Of a DNA stretch of 64,000 bases, positions 1-13,231 are shown in pieces (the stretch's first letter is position 1; every line of letters starts with the position of its first letter). The stretch is from NCBI RefSeq assembly GCF_963676685.1, contig NC_092352.1:56110001-56174000 (forward strand), read 5' to 3'. The DNA comes from Mytilus edulis (taxonomy: Eukaryota). Both the position numbers and the translations under genes were made by a program. The notes under the pieces were generated by a model, which was given only the letters and a program-made list of their open reading frames with translations, was not told where the DNA came from and did no database searches.

Positions 1-552
1 TTGAAAACATAATTTCCAACATTACAATTGGGCAACAAGCAAGGGACTCTTTTTCAGTCAGACTTGTTTTCAAAACAAAATTTGTCTGACAATATTTCAC
101 TGAAGTGTACTGAAAATTAAAGAAATCAAATTCAGCTCCCACATACGCATAGAAAAATAAAAAAGGGGGGGAGGTACACAATAAGTGTGATTATAATTTG
201 AAGTGGAAAGTCGACAAGTGGCTGTACTAAACACTACAAGTAAAAGTAAAACAGGTTAAGAACAGACCCAAAATGAAAGATATCCCTTAAATTCCTTCAG
301 ACAATGTGCCATTTTACTGTTATTGAGAAGAAAAAGGAAAACCTTAGATTTTTAAAGTTATAAGGGGAAATCCATTTTAGTTTGATCAACACTTTAAAAA
401 AGGGGTCCAATTGTATTTTCATAATAAAGAATATATACACCCAGGAATATTAAAAAGTTTTTGTACATGTTTTGACTATTTGATACCAGATACATTTGTA
501 GATATGCAGTTCTTTGGGAAAAGTATCTTCAAATAATATAAATATCATGATT

Positions 553-745
553 ATAGATATAGAAAGATGTGGCAACTCTCCGTCCAAATTTAACAATTTA
601 TAAAAGTAAACCATAATAGGTCAATGTACCGCCTTCTACACGGAACCTTGCCTCACATCAAACAACAAGCTATAAAGGATAGAGGGCCCCATAACTACCA
701 GTGTAAAACCATTCAAACGAGAAAACCAACTACTCATTTATGCAA
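553..745 (+). repeat. Dispersed repeat family A (ATAGATATAG.AAGATGTGG...GAGACAACTCTCCATCCAAG...AAAACCATTCAAACGGGAAAACCAAC)
   Basis: Homologous copies seen in this window at ~14690-14900, ~28398-28640 and ~33649-33898. Confidence 0.7.
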
Positions 746-1115
746 TTAAAAACCTAAAAAACTCAAAAGTATTTAATATCACTTGAAACTATTTTCAAAA
801 GAGATGATTATCCTTACCAGCTGTGAATTAATGGAAAATATATCAATTGGTCTCAATTTCACAGGCTTGAGTTATTTTCATCTTTTGATTTTGTCCAATC
901 AAGAATTAGCAAAATTTATTTTAGACACAATATTAGTAATAAATGTCGTAGACATTAGGAAATGAGCAACTTTTTTCAAATATTTTTTACGCCCCTTGGA
1001 AATATTAAATAAAAGCTACACAGGGGACATTGGTAATCTCTTTAGTAGCATATCAAACTTGTATCTATAAACATGCATGTCCTTTTATTAATGTAAATAT
1101 TTCTTAGCTTTCAGA

Positions 1116-1978
1116 ATGACATCCTGCTCTTTTAGCAGCTCAGTTGGAGGAGCAAATATTTCCTGTGGACCTAATTCCAAAGTACCAGATAATGTTGTTG
1201 TACCATTACTGTCATGTAAGAGATCTATCATCTCACATTTTTCATACTTCCACATTAACCAAAAAGCAGTTGAAAATGAGGGAGAGCTGATAAAGCTACG
1301 GGTAGGGCTTTTCTTGGAGGATATATCAACCCTGACTGTATGCCCTAACCAAAGACAAAAGATGGGACTAGGTTGGAGCTGTGGAAAACTGTGTACATTG
1401 TCTTACTGTCCTGGATACAAGAGTTTGACGAAAGGAACTATCACCAAAGATCAGTCAAGTTATCTGTTCCTTAAGGAAAACAGATGTATAGGAATTGGCT
1501 CAGGTAAGGCCAAAATAAGGTAAAAAATATTTGCTAAAGCCATGTACTGAACCGTTTTAAATCCATAGGTTGATTCAAATTTCTTGAATTTTATGGAGTT
1601 TTTCAAAAAAGAATACAAATAATAAACAGTCCAAATCCTGCAGGTTCATTCATAATTTTATATAAATAAAGCTTGACCTACATGTACAAGAAACATTTTG
1701 ATATGAATAAATTGTAGTTTTTATGTTTGCTCTAAATTATGCATGACATATTTGCCACTGGACATTAAGCAGTCAACAGTCCAATTTTATTTTGTTTAGA
1801 ATGTAAAACCGCCCCATATATATTGTATCAGTGTGTGTGTGTATGTTTTAGTTTTTGGCTTAATATATGTTTACTTTTTTATTTATTTTCAAGGATATGT
1901 TCAAAGTGTAGAAAGGTATTCATGGTATTATTGGACAATATGAAATCAGAACCTGAAGTGCAGCATGATTTTTCAGAG
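1116..1978 (+). pseudogene. Two spliced exons (1116-1503, 1893-1978) of a Cys-rich protein, probably the N-terminus of a transposon-associated gene
   Basis: Acceptor tttcag before 1116, donor gtaagg after 1503; acceptor ttcaag before 1893, donor gtaaat after 1978. Joined frame reads ...ELIKLRVG...VCPNQRQKMGLGW..C..C...GIGSG|ICSKCRK. Downstream exons could not be followed. Confidence 0.45.
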
Positions 1979-2190
1979 GTAAATGAATTTTATTTTCTTA
2001 CCAAACAAAATTTATAATAGGATCATGTAATCAGTGGTTGTCATTTATTGTCATATTTCATATTTGTAATGCCCTTCATATGACAGTAGTGAGGCATTAT
2101 GTTTTTCTGTCTGTGTGACTGTTTGTCCAAAATCCAAAAGTTTTGTGATTATGATTGGCTTTCTAGTTTGCCAGATTCAAAAGGGGTTTG

Positions 2191-4075
2191 ATACACATAT
2201 TCACTAAAAAATGTCAGACCTAAGTTTTATTATGTAAACAGTCTTAACCAGTAATCCTCAAAGTGTACACTTGGTATTATAATTTCAATGAGGAACAAAA
2301 AAGTTCAACATTTTTAATCTTATGATTCATATTTTCCAGCCACTTTCTCCCACAGGTATTTGGGGCATGGATCCCCCTTTTTTGGACCTCACTAAAAAAT
2401 AAATTGTTTAGTGTTTTTTTTTATTTATTTACAATATTCTTCAATATATAAACATAGATCAAGTCTCAACCATCCATTACTAGTCGATTACAATAACTTT
2501 TTTACTATCCATACGAGCCCCAAGTGAAAAAAGAAAAGGTAATTACCTTCGATGACTGACCTACGTTCACTTTGGAGGATCAGGTCAGGAAATCGATAAA
2601 AATTTCATATAAAAACTCACTTACTTTTCATAAAAAGTACATCCTTAGATTCCTGAGATATTTTTCTCGACGTTTAAATAGGTCACATGGTGATCTGCGG
2701 CGGTTTTGTCTTGTTTTACTGATATTGTTCTGCAATTGTCGTCCGTTTGAACCTTGATTCACGGAAGTGAAAATACAGCGCCATCTGCGTGGTCTTTCGC
2801 TGTGTTCCATAACTCCGTTTGACTAAACTGCTTTCCTGTTTTTGTTTACCAGTTTTACAGATGGGTTCCGAATGCAATGTAGCTATAAGAAAAGGTAAGA
2901 GATATTCGAATATTGTTTTTTTTCTGAAAAGTACGGGAAATTTCTAAAATGTTTGACGAAGATCAAATTGAAGCATTCAATTTAATCAAAGATGGCCACA
3001 ATCTACTTGTGAGTGGACAAGCCGGAGCTGGCAAAACATTCCTAATTAAAAAAAGCTGTAAAATATTTAAGAAAGCACCAAAGAAAGGCAGACATTGTGT
3101 GTTCTACTTGATCAAATGTAAAATAATTTGATGTGGAAAACAGTCATTAAACCAACTAATTCTAAAACAATGGTTTCCAGGATCACCTAAAAGTTCATTT
3201 GGTACAGGGGGGAGCTGTTAAAAATCTGAAATACCTGTGCTTTCTCCAGTTTTAGTATTGGATGATGAACCTATGCAAGTGAGAAACATTGAACATGAGC
3301 AAGACAAAAACAATGAAGAAAATTTTGAATGTGTGGTAAGTTTTCCTCACAATTTACATTTGAACAAATCATACATGATTTAATTTCCTTGCTTTAAACA
3401 TCTCTGAACTTTTCAATCCAAGAGTTCTAAAATTAAGTAAAAAAATGAACAAATATTAAAATTATTACCACAGCCTCATATTTTCCTGTTTTTAAAACAA
3501 TTTTGCACAGATCTACCAATTCCTAACTTGTCAATTATATGTGTCAGAATTATCTCCCTTTTCAGTTTATATCTCAATGTATATAACTATAACAAATTTA
3601 TTTGTTTGCAAGTTTTCAGCAACCAATCTTTTGAACAAGTTTTGTTTGTATTTATTATAATACATTGATAGACATCAAATTATTTTTTTCTCTGCAATAT
3701 ATATTATATTGGTTAAAAAAATGTGAAAGAAAAAATCATGAAATATATCTGTTACCATGTTGAGTTACCTGTTCTTATTGAAGAAAACTCTTACCAAAAA
3801 ACATAAAAATATGAATAAATAACTGGCATTTTTGATGCAGTACTTTCTTTTTAACGCTTGAACACAACTGCCAGAAGTATTCTGGATAGAAAAATTAAGC
3901 TAAGCATAGAAAAAATATATAGAACTGAAACTGCGTATTTTTATTTCAGTCTTGAGTTCAAGGCACGAATTACAATTGTTAAGCTGGACACACATATTCA
4001 CTAAAAACCGTCAGACCTAAGTTTAATAATGTAAACAGTCTTAACTGGTAATCCTTGAACTGCACACATGATATT
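2191..4075 (+). repeat. ~85-bp diverged direct repeat pair (2191-2278 and 3990-4075)
   Basis: ACACATATTCACTAAAAA..GTCAGACCTAAGTTT.AT.ATGTAAACAGTCTTAAC..GTAATCCT present in both copies. Confidence 0.75.
2949..3110 (+). pseudogene. Truncated N-terminal fragment of a PIF1-like (SF1B) helicase
   Basis: DQIEAFNLIKDGHNLLVSGQAGAGKTFLIK (Q motif plus Walker A), then a frameshifted IVCST resembling motif Ia; homology ends there. Confidence 0.7.
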
Positions 4076-5202
4076 AACATATAAATAGCACACAGCTAAG
4101 AGCAGGATAGAGCAGATTGTTGCAAAGCCAAGGTCGACTATGCTTTTTGGAGGGGTTCGGTGATTCAGGCTGTTAAAAGACTATTTCACATAAAGGCTTT
4201 GCATATAATATACACCACATAGGTTCATTGCTATAGAGATTTTAAAATACCATTTACGCATACTTGATTGTTTGCTAATTTTGTTTGTATTTGTTTTGTA
4301 TTTTTTAAAATTGTGCTTGTAATTCATAAATTGAGCTTGAATATTTTCAAATATATGTTGGTTGTTAGGCATTGATGTACTGAATATATAGTGTTGCTAA
4401 GGACAATTTTGCATATTTGTAAGCATAATTGCACTGCTATTCATTTTATTGCTCCATTAGGCTTCAATTGCCTATTTTTGCGCATTTTGTTTAAAATTAA
4501 CATTGTATATTTTCAACCTTAGTTGGTTGCTATGCATAGCAAATGGTTGCCATGGAAATTTTATACACATTTTCCTACTCAGTGGAACATGCTTTTATGT
4601 GACATTTATTGTGCTGTACAAATTAGATCATCTTTGTAAATATTTTTTTTCAAAAATTACTTTATAAGTTGACAATATTTGGTGTTTTTGTACAAAATTC
4701 ATTCCAAAACAGCATAACTTTGGCTCGCTTCCACCAATACATATACAATAGTCTACCAAATTTTATTTTTTCTTTGAATTATATGATAGTCATTCCTTTT
4801 TCTCAATATCATATTTTATGATATAGATGCACGGATTTTTTTATTAGATTTTTATGTTACCATATCAACCATAAAGAAACATTTTTTCCGGTACAATTTT
4901 TTTTATTTTATTATTTTAAGGTCATATTGTTAAAATATTTACCTGTAGTGACCAATATTCTTAATTAACATTACATTTTATGTGGAAATATCCTGTTATT
5001 TACCAAAAATAGTGTCTCAAAATGACTAGTTTCTATGGTAACCATTACTTGACTGCCAATAAAGATTTATTTCTTTCAATTTGCCTTTACTGTTTTTCAT
5101 ATAGTCTTATAAGTCTTTAATCTTCATTTTAACCAAGGTTTCATGCTTTTTAATTTTTTTACTTTCCATCTGAAGCTCCATGCTTATTGGCACAGCCTCT
5201 TA

Positions 5203-6584
5203 AAGGTTCAAGTGCTGCAGACAAAGGAACACTAAATCATCTGAAAAACATTTTCACTTTCGTCAACTTAAATCAGACATATTTGACAATTTTAACCACG
5301 CATGGGAGTTAATGTGTTTGGTAACAGAAGGTTAGGTCTGCTTATTAACTATGAAAGTTATGGAAATGGCAGACAAGGGTAATAGACCCCTGAATCCATA
5401 AAAAAAACTCGTCTGTTGACGACAGACAAGAGTATTTACAGTCTGTTGTTAGCTCTGTTGTTCAAAATGTTTGGCACTATCGGGAAACAAAATCTTTGAA
5501 AACGGATGACCAGACAGAGCCCGAGAAATTCTGTTGTGGAGAAGACATCGAAGAGGAAGTCATACTGTGTGGGGCTGGTAGGAATTGTACTAAGGGTGAA
5601 GTCTTTCACTATTTATGTGCTGGACTGGATACTGAAAATCTCCCTAATAATTGGTTCTGCAGCGACACATGCAGAAACGAGAAAGACTCCTACCCTTACT
5701 GCACCTGTCATCAAGATCTCGGTAATGATGAGCCAATGATTGGGTGTAGTGCTGGTTCCAAGTGCACGGCTGACGAATGGTACCACACGAAATGCTTGGA
5801 CATGACAGACGTTCCAGAAGGAAAATGGTAATGTAGATCTGCATGCAAATCGTCAAAAAAGTCTAAGAGTTGAAAGAAATCTAAGTCAAGATCAACTGTT
5901 AACAAGTCCGACGATTTCAAATACAATTACAGTAGGGATATAACATGGACAGGACTGAATCTGCTCTGCCGACGAGATGCAGTACGTGAGGCGGACGGTG
6001 AGGCCATAATATCGCATTTGAAGTTAGACCTCGTACACTTCTTTTCGACAAAACATCCAAAATATGTCATATTAGCACATAGACTGTTAGTCTCGATAAA
6101 TGGTTGGCTTCCAGATAAATTGAAGCACGATTTAATTTACAACAGAACAGTCAACTATGGGGGTGGAATTGGTCGAAATTTACCTATGGATTTCATGAAC
6201 GAAATTTTAAACATATTATTTAAGGATTTACTAGATTCGGCAAAGGGTAGGTACACCAATAATACAATACAAAGATGTAGTCAGATTGTAGGACCACTTG
6301 GCGAGGCATTGGACTCTGTCTTTGATTCCAAAGTAATTGAGAACGAGCTTTATAGACATAGGCGGCGAAATCTAGACCGGGACTTAAACGTCAGCAAAAT
6401 GATTACCTTTCTTGGTGATGAGTCCTTGTTTTCACAGACTCCTGGTCGTGATCATAGAGCTTTTCCAAAGTATTTTCACAACGAAAATCCAAAATTTCCT
6501 GGAAAGTTTCAAGGAAAAATGAAACAGCTCTCCAAAAGATTGGACAAACGCAGGAGGATTATAGCATGTATAGTAAACACTTGA
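5203..6584 (+). pseudogene. Decayed DUF6589/Academ-type transposase (C-terminal half) with two embedded PHD fingers (AcademHP-like)
   Basis: Reads ADKGTLNHLKNIF..; PHD1 (CCGE...LCGAGRNC...FHYLC...WFCSDTC); PHD2 (YCTC...MIGCSAGSKC..EWYHTKC...KW*C); then DAVREADGEAII...HPKYVILAHRLL...IYNRTVNYGGGIGRNLPMDFMNEILN, which resembles DUF6589. In-frame stops and frameshifts present. Confidence 0.7.
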
Positions 6585-7259
6585 ATACATACACAAATAT
6601 CATAGGTTTAGAAATGGAAGAATGCATAACATTATTTAAACAAAAAAATAATGTATGAATTGTTTGGAATGAAAACGCTAAATTGTCGATATTTATTTCC
6701 CTAATTTAAAAAAAACCATTTGGGTGTGTTTGTCAACGAGACAACTATCCATCAAAGTGCAAATAAATAGTATGTAAGCAAATATCGATTAGCCTTCAAC
6801 AATAAGTAAAATCCAAACCACATGGTCCGTTTTAAAAGGTCCCGAAATGACAAATGTAATAAAAAGAATCAAAGTGGACAAGGCAAGGGATCCAATGTAT
6901 TGATATACTTTCCCGGTTTTCAAAGAGTACAAGAGGCGTGTACAATCATCGGATTTAGATTAGACACATTTATGTGTAGAATAAATGCAAATTATATGAT
7001 TTGTAATTAATACAATAAATATTTTTTTTTTTTTTTTTTTAGGAGGGTGGGGGTCGATCTGCTCACCATTCGTTTAAAAAGTATTTTATACCGTATCACC
7101 TCACGACATGACATTGACGGAAATAAAACAGCCTTATACATATATGATTATTTTTATCTACAGCAGTAACACTTATTGATTAATTGACTTATGTCATAGA
7201 TTTTTTATTGGCGGGAAAATACCACGTAGCTTCCTTTTTACCATTTGTAATTTGACAAA

Positions 7260-8039
7260 ATGTATTCAAATTTAAGAAAACAACTTGACCGTTTTGAAAC
7301 CGAATTTAATTTGGCTCACAGGAATAATCCTCGCAGAAAAGCAATTTTGATGACGGACAGCAAGGGCAAATACCTACAAAATGTTGTTAATCGTGATGAA
7401 GATATAATTGAGATATTGTTTGAGAAGGGGGCAAAAAGAAGTAACAAATCACTTCTTAGAAGAGCGAAGGATTCTGTTCGAGGGTGTGATTCGCCCCTTT
7501 TAATGGTTTGGACAGGGACCTGTGACTTTACGAACTTCTTGCCGCGGGATAGAAATATTTCTATAAATGAAATATCTGTGGCAAACGTATTGGCCGATTT
7601 GAATGAAGTCAAGAAAGAAATTTTGGAGGTTAATCCAACAACTGAAATTATATTTTTACACTGTCCACACTTTTCAATTAAATTGTGGAATGACAAACAA
7701 GGTCACACAGAATCTGGCTCAAATGGAGATGATAATGTATTAGCTGAAAAAATTGATCAGTTAAATGAAGAAATAATTTCTTTAAATGCGGCCGATACAG
7801 GACCAACATTTTTTCTAGTCATATTAAAGTCCAGCAGAGTAAGGCGCGGTCGCGACCGGTCTTCTAGATCTATGAGGACGAAATACTCTTATAATTTTAA
7901 ATACTTGTATAAAGATGGCATTCACCCTATAAACCTTTTGGAGGAAGTTTGGCTACGGAAACTCCAGCAACTCGTTCTTAAAAAAATGTTACTGAACATT
8001 CATCCGGATAAACTGGAGATTTATTTTCTTCATTTCTAA
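7260..8039 (+). CDS. SGNH/GDSL hydrolase-fold protein, single exon, TE-associated type
   Basis: 259-aa open frame with block I ILMTDSKG, block II GAK, block III WTGTCD and block V DGIHP. Confidence 0.7.
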   Translation: MYSNLRKQLDRFETEFNLAHRNNPRRKAILMTDSKGKYLQNVVNRDEDIIEILFEKGAKRSNKSLLRRAKDSVRGCDSPLLMVWTGTCDFTNFLPRDRNISINEISVANVLADLNEVKKEILEVNPTTEIIFLHCPHFSIKLWNDKQGHTESGSNGDDNVLAEKIDQLNEEIISLNAADTGPTFFLVILKSSRVRRGRDRSSRSMRTKYSYNFKYLYKDGIHPINLLEEVWLRKLQQLVLKKMLLNIHPDKLEIYFLHF

Positions 8040-8321
8040 TTTCTCGTTTCGGAGAATGAGGATTGCCTCGCTCGCCGAAATTAATTTTTCGTTCGAAATA
8101 TTTAATTTCTCTGATTCAAACAACTATTGGAAATTCTGGTTGAAATGTATCACAATGAAAACAATATTTTATTTATGTCATCAATATACTGTACATTTTG
8201 CTATACAAATGTTTGTGGAAATCGTACATGTACTACATGTATCATGTGGACAATCAATAACCTTGCAAATACCAGTAGCAAAAAAGGAGAGACGTGACCG
8301 TGTATGACCAACATGGATAGT

Positions 8322-8853
8322 TGTAATGGCCTGACCATTAAGTATAACCACGACTGGGCTCAAGCAATAAGAATATCAGGTGCTGACAATTTATTCTCAA
8401 GCCAATCTAACAAAAGGTAAAAAGCTGAAAAACAAATAAAATACAATTTTACAATGTGTTCAATTAATGTTATTAAAACGAAATGTCAAAAGTAATAGAT
8501 ATCACAGTCCGTTGAATCCGAGAAAATGTTGTACTTTCAAGAGCAGTTAAATATCAAGTGTTTCACAGAGAGAATGTTCAAATATGTATAGAGTAATTTG
8601 AAGGCTTCAAAAACAATGTTGTAAAGTTAACTCACTCTGTGGTTAGCCACGTATTGTGTCCTATATGACGTTTGAAATGAAATGTTCCTCGTGATCGTTA
8701 TGACCTTGCAGTTTTCATGTAACGGATCCGTTTGAGAGAGGGAAAGGTAGCGACGGTACGATGTTTTAACGTTAAAGATGAATAATCCTCCTAAACTGGA
8801 ACACATAAATAGATTAAGAATATAATCAAACGAACTATATAAACTATGGAACC
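8322..8853 (-). repeat. 3' LTR of the BEL element
   Basis: About 97% identical by eye to 13232-13758 (about 14 substitutions, 2 small indels); plus strand starts TGTAATGG. Confidence 0.9.
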
Positions 8854-9030
8854 GTGTAACATAATAGTCTGATGTCTATCTGATATCACTTTTCCATAAA
8901 TTTTTCGAATATGAATACAAGATTTACACAAATGAATTAATCCCAATATAAATTGAATACATACAGGTGAAATGTCCACTATTTCGTGTGAGAAATATCA
9001 GATCTCAACGATTTTTCACTATAAAGGTTC

Positions 9031-12000
9031 CTAATAAGTACGTTCCACGTGAAACTGGGTAGGCATAGTTTCTTGTCCTTTAAAAGAAGGGTGTCTCGGA
9101 CGACATTGTTGTGTTCTGTAGAATGTTCTATTACTGCTGTATCGATAATGGGAACTGTTTTCTCCAACGTAGTTAGATGGCGATGACGATCGAAGATAGA
9201 TCGAAGTATTACAAGAGTTAGTAGTTGGTTGTCTTCCGATTTGGCGATATGACACATCTTTGTGAGTATCAGACGAAATAAGGCGTTTCGTCGTAACGTT
9301 CAATCCTGCAGATCTAGTCGCTCTATCTGTAGAGTGGCGTCCTCTATGTTTGATTTTGTCGTAGTAATGTCCAAGAAAAGGTGTTACTCTGTGACGATGT
9401 CCAGATAAGACTACTGGTTCCTTTTCACTTATATTCAAGTCAGATTTGGCAATACTGCTTCCTTCTCGTAGTAGACGTTGCTCATGCAATGGCAGATTGA
9501 GATTGGCAATAGGTCCTTCTTTCGGAATAGGTTTGTGAATGCTATTGATTTCCTCTCCATGAACTTTAGGTTCTGTTGATTTCGGATTGAAACTTTCTTT
9601 ATCTATAGATTTTTCTATAGAAGTCACAGATTTTGCTTTTACTGATGCGAGTGATGTCCCTTTAGATGAATTTGTGCGTTTACCAGGCTTGGTACTAGGT
9701 CCTGTACATTCAAGGGATTGTATTGAATGCGATTTAGCGACCTTGGCATTCGAATGAAAGTTTTTGTTGTTAGACTGAACAACAATTGGATTATTATCCT
9801 TAACGGCTATTTCCAGGCTTGAGGCAAGACGTTGTTTTGATTCCGTGATTGAAACGTAAGTTATTTTGTGTTGACTTCAATAGGAACAGTTTGCTTGTTA
9901 ATGTATGTATTTCCAATTATGACCCAACCAAGTCTCAACTTTTGGGCAAATGGAGTTCGGGATGGTCCTAGGCGTTGTTCAAGGAAGTGGTGTGCCTCTA
10001 TAAGGTCCCTTCAAATTAGGAGTAGAATTTGACAACGTTCCTCTAGTGGTGTAATACTTCCTCTGAGTTCTGTCAGATGAGGATGATGCATTGCAACTTC
10101 AGGAGTAGGAATTTCGTTTCGATTATTGGGAATATTATTACATTCAATTAATGTAGGCAGATCAAATTGTACGTCACTATGTACAGATTTTATGACGAAA
10201 TCTTTTCCTCTTTTCCCGGAAGTAGCTACTCTGCCGGAGCATGTCGTAAGAGAGTAGTTTTCAGGTTTCTCCCGAACGTTGAACAGACTGAAGAATTCAG
10301 GCGAGGCAAGAGACCGGTTGCTTTGGTCGTCACTAATGGCGTACATCCTGATAATTTTGTCTGTCTTGTCCTTGTGGTACACGTCCACAGGTAATATTTT
10401 GGCATAAGATTTCTCGCTCTTATGATCTTTGTAGATCTCTGTGCAGATCGAACTTACAGAGGTTAACTTGGTTTCAGCGGACTCTGTCTGCTCCCCGCCG
10501 TAGACTTGTGTAAGCTCCCCGCCGTAGGCTTGTCTGGGTGAGCTAAACTGGGAACTTTCAGATTGTTGTGGTCTAGTGATGTGAAGTGCTGTGGTATGTC
10601 GTTCACTTCCACACTCGTTACAACTGATACTTGCGTTGCAGTCCCGACTTCTGTGTGTGGTTGACTCACAACACTTGTAGCACACATTGTTTTGTCTTAA
10701 CAGTTCCTTGCGTTCCTCGATTGGTTTGGCTCGGAATGCTCGGCATTCATTCAAGGTATGCTTTGTCTTGTGTAGGATACACAGATCTTGTTGTTGACTG
10801 CTGTCTTCAGTTTGCTGTTCAACAGCCGTCTTATGGACGTTGACTTTAGAGTACGTCTGAGGTGTGAACCTTGGCGTAGCGTCTTTTGTATTTGGTGTTA
10901 CCTTTGACCCAAAGATGAACCCAGGATCGTTCTTAATTTTGCTAATTTCCCTGATGAAGGCAGAACATTCTGTGAAAGGTGGAAAGGCAACTTCATATTT
11001 TGACTTGTATCTTGAAGCTCTTGTAATCCACTTTTCTTGGAGTCCGTATGGCAGTTTTTCCACAATAGGATTTATCCCGGACGAAGAGTCAAAATATGCT
11101 AGCAAACATCCCAGCTTGGGATTTTCCTTGTGATATTCTATTTCTGATAGAATATCAGACAAGTCATTCTATTTCTGATAGAATATCAGACAAGTCATAA
11201 AGACGTGTGTTATCTTTGTTCGTCAAGGTAGGAAAATTGACGAGTTTACTCGTGATAGAGGCTTCCAACATTTCTGGAGCACCATATCACTCATCCAGTC
11301 TTTGCCATAACCTCTGTAGGCCTCTAGTAGGGTTGTTGGCATAATACTCATGGCATGTTTACCTGACTCTGGCCCTAGCCACTTAATCAGTAGGTCTATT
11401 TGTTCCGAGTCAGAAACTTGTAATTCGTCTATGACGTTTTTGAAGCTAGATTTCCATGTATGGAAGGATTCTGCCTGGTCATTAAAATTTGTTAGCCTGG
11501 AGAATAATAGGTCTTTGCGTAAAAGAAATCTAGTAATCTCTGATGTTGGGTTGATTTGTTGCTGGTGTGCAACAGGGATCTCTTCTATTACGTCTTGTTT
11601 TTTGTGTGAAACAGGGATCTTCTATAACGTCTTGTTTTGTGCGCAAGACAGGGATCGCTTCTTTAACACCCTGTTTTTGGTGTTCAGTAGGGCTCTCATC
11701 TGAAAGACCTAGTTTTTGTATGCCGGTTACTAATCCCAGATCTGGGATAAAGGTAACTTCCGGTGACTTATTATCTGAAGGGAAGACGGCAGATGTCTGT
11801 GACAGCAAGTTCAGTGCCACGGATGGCACGAACGCTGGTGCTTCGTGACTCAGCTCGATCTTAACAGGAATTTGTTTTTTTCTTTTGAGGTCCTGTTACT
11901 TCCTTTACAACAGTTGATACAGGAAGTTTATTGACGAAATCTTGCACACGCTGGAGCGGGTCTTCCTTTTCATCAGGAAGATCGCTAAATGCTTGGCTGC

Positions 12001-12951
12001 CGTCGTATTCCAGGACACGAGCCTCTCTTTGCTTCTAGAATGTTCATAGCAGCTTTAATTTCGGCTTTTTCACGTGTCGCACGTGCAGCCTCCCGTTCCA
12101 TCAAAGTTTTCCTGCGTATGGCCTCACGTTTCATGTCAGCTCTCTGGTGTGTAGCCTCAGCATTTCTACGTATAGCCTCTTGCTCCGCCTCGGCTTTTCT
12201 GCTTGTGGCTTCTTGATCTGCTCTGATGGCTTCTTGTTCTGCTCTGATGGCTTCTTGTTCCGCCTCGGCCTTTATTTCATTTTGCTTGAAAAGAGTCTGT
12301 TCTTTTATCATTGCCTCCTGCTTTAGGAGCAAGGCCTGTTTTTCAGTAAAAAGCTATTTGAGTTCTGGCAGCCTCTGCTTTGGCACGCTTCTTCCGTGCA
12401 AGACTTGAAATGTCTGAGACGTTGGAACTCCCACTGTGAGAGGATTTCTTGCCTCTAGATGTCTTTGTTTTTGTAGATTTAGCCTTTGTAACGGCAAGGC
12501 GATGCTCATGTAAGGTTTCCATGACTAGTTCCACTCTGAACAGACGAAAATCCAATGAGAGATTACACGCGTCTATGTCTTTTTGACTCTCCAATGTCCT
12601 GGTCCTTTTCAGAAAGTCCAGATATTCGTCTGTGAGTCTACGATAATTCGTACAGGCTTTTATGAGTTTATCCTGTACTGTTATCAGTTGCTGGAGTTCT
12701 TTTGGAGGCTTGGTGATCTCCAATAACTGTGGTTCTACATCTGACCAAAGGGTCTCTATTTCCTGACAGAACTTGTCACGTTTTTCTGTGAAAACTCCTT
12801 TACCTTTTTCTGTGAGGTCACGCACTCGCCTAGCCTCGACATTTTCATCTGAAAGTGTTGTATTAGACGGATTTTGTAGTAGTTCTAGATCTGGGACATT
12901 TCCCTCTGGGGGCTGTATCTCTTCTTGCTGTTCCGCGTGACTGGGATCCAT
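9031..12951 (-). pseudogene. BEL gag-protease polyprotein, frameshifted, with a low-complexity C-terminal extension
   Basis: ORF pieces 12343-12951, 11985-12332, 11530-11829, 10011-11162 and 9031-9627. A 31-bp tandem duplication at ~11137-11198 breaks the frame; 21-bp AEQEAIR repeats at ~12170-12270. Confidence 0.8.
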
Positions 12952-13231
12952 GATGTAAATCTACTAACTGTAGGCAGTGTTTGTTCAACGTTGTCGGTTT
13001 GCTGCCTAGGACGCACAAGCTGTGTTGCGTAGTGTCAAGGTAACAGCTACGAACGATGCTCCGTTGTATTTCCTGTTCAGGAGATGTGTAGACAAGTTGT
13101 TGTCAATTTACTGTACGTCAAGGGATGACGCGTACATGCAGGGCTCAACAGGTAGGTTGTTATGTAGCTGTATAACTAACGTGGAGTGGCGTTATCTGTG
13201 AGATACAACAGGCAAGTTGTAGACTTTTTAC

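Noticed and set aside
4150-5199. Kolobok-like insertion ending ...GGCACAGCCTC|TTAA upstream of the transposase fragment
   Set aside because: Right end is plausible but no matching left TIR or TSD was found.
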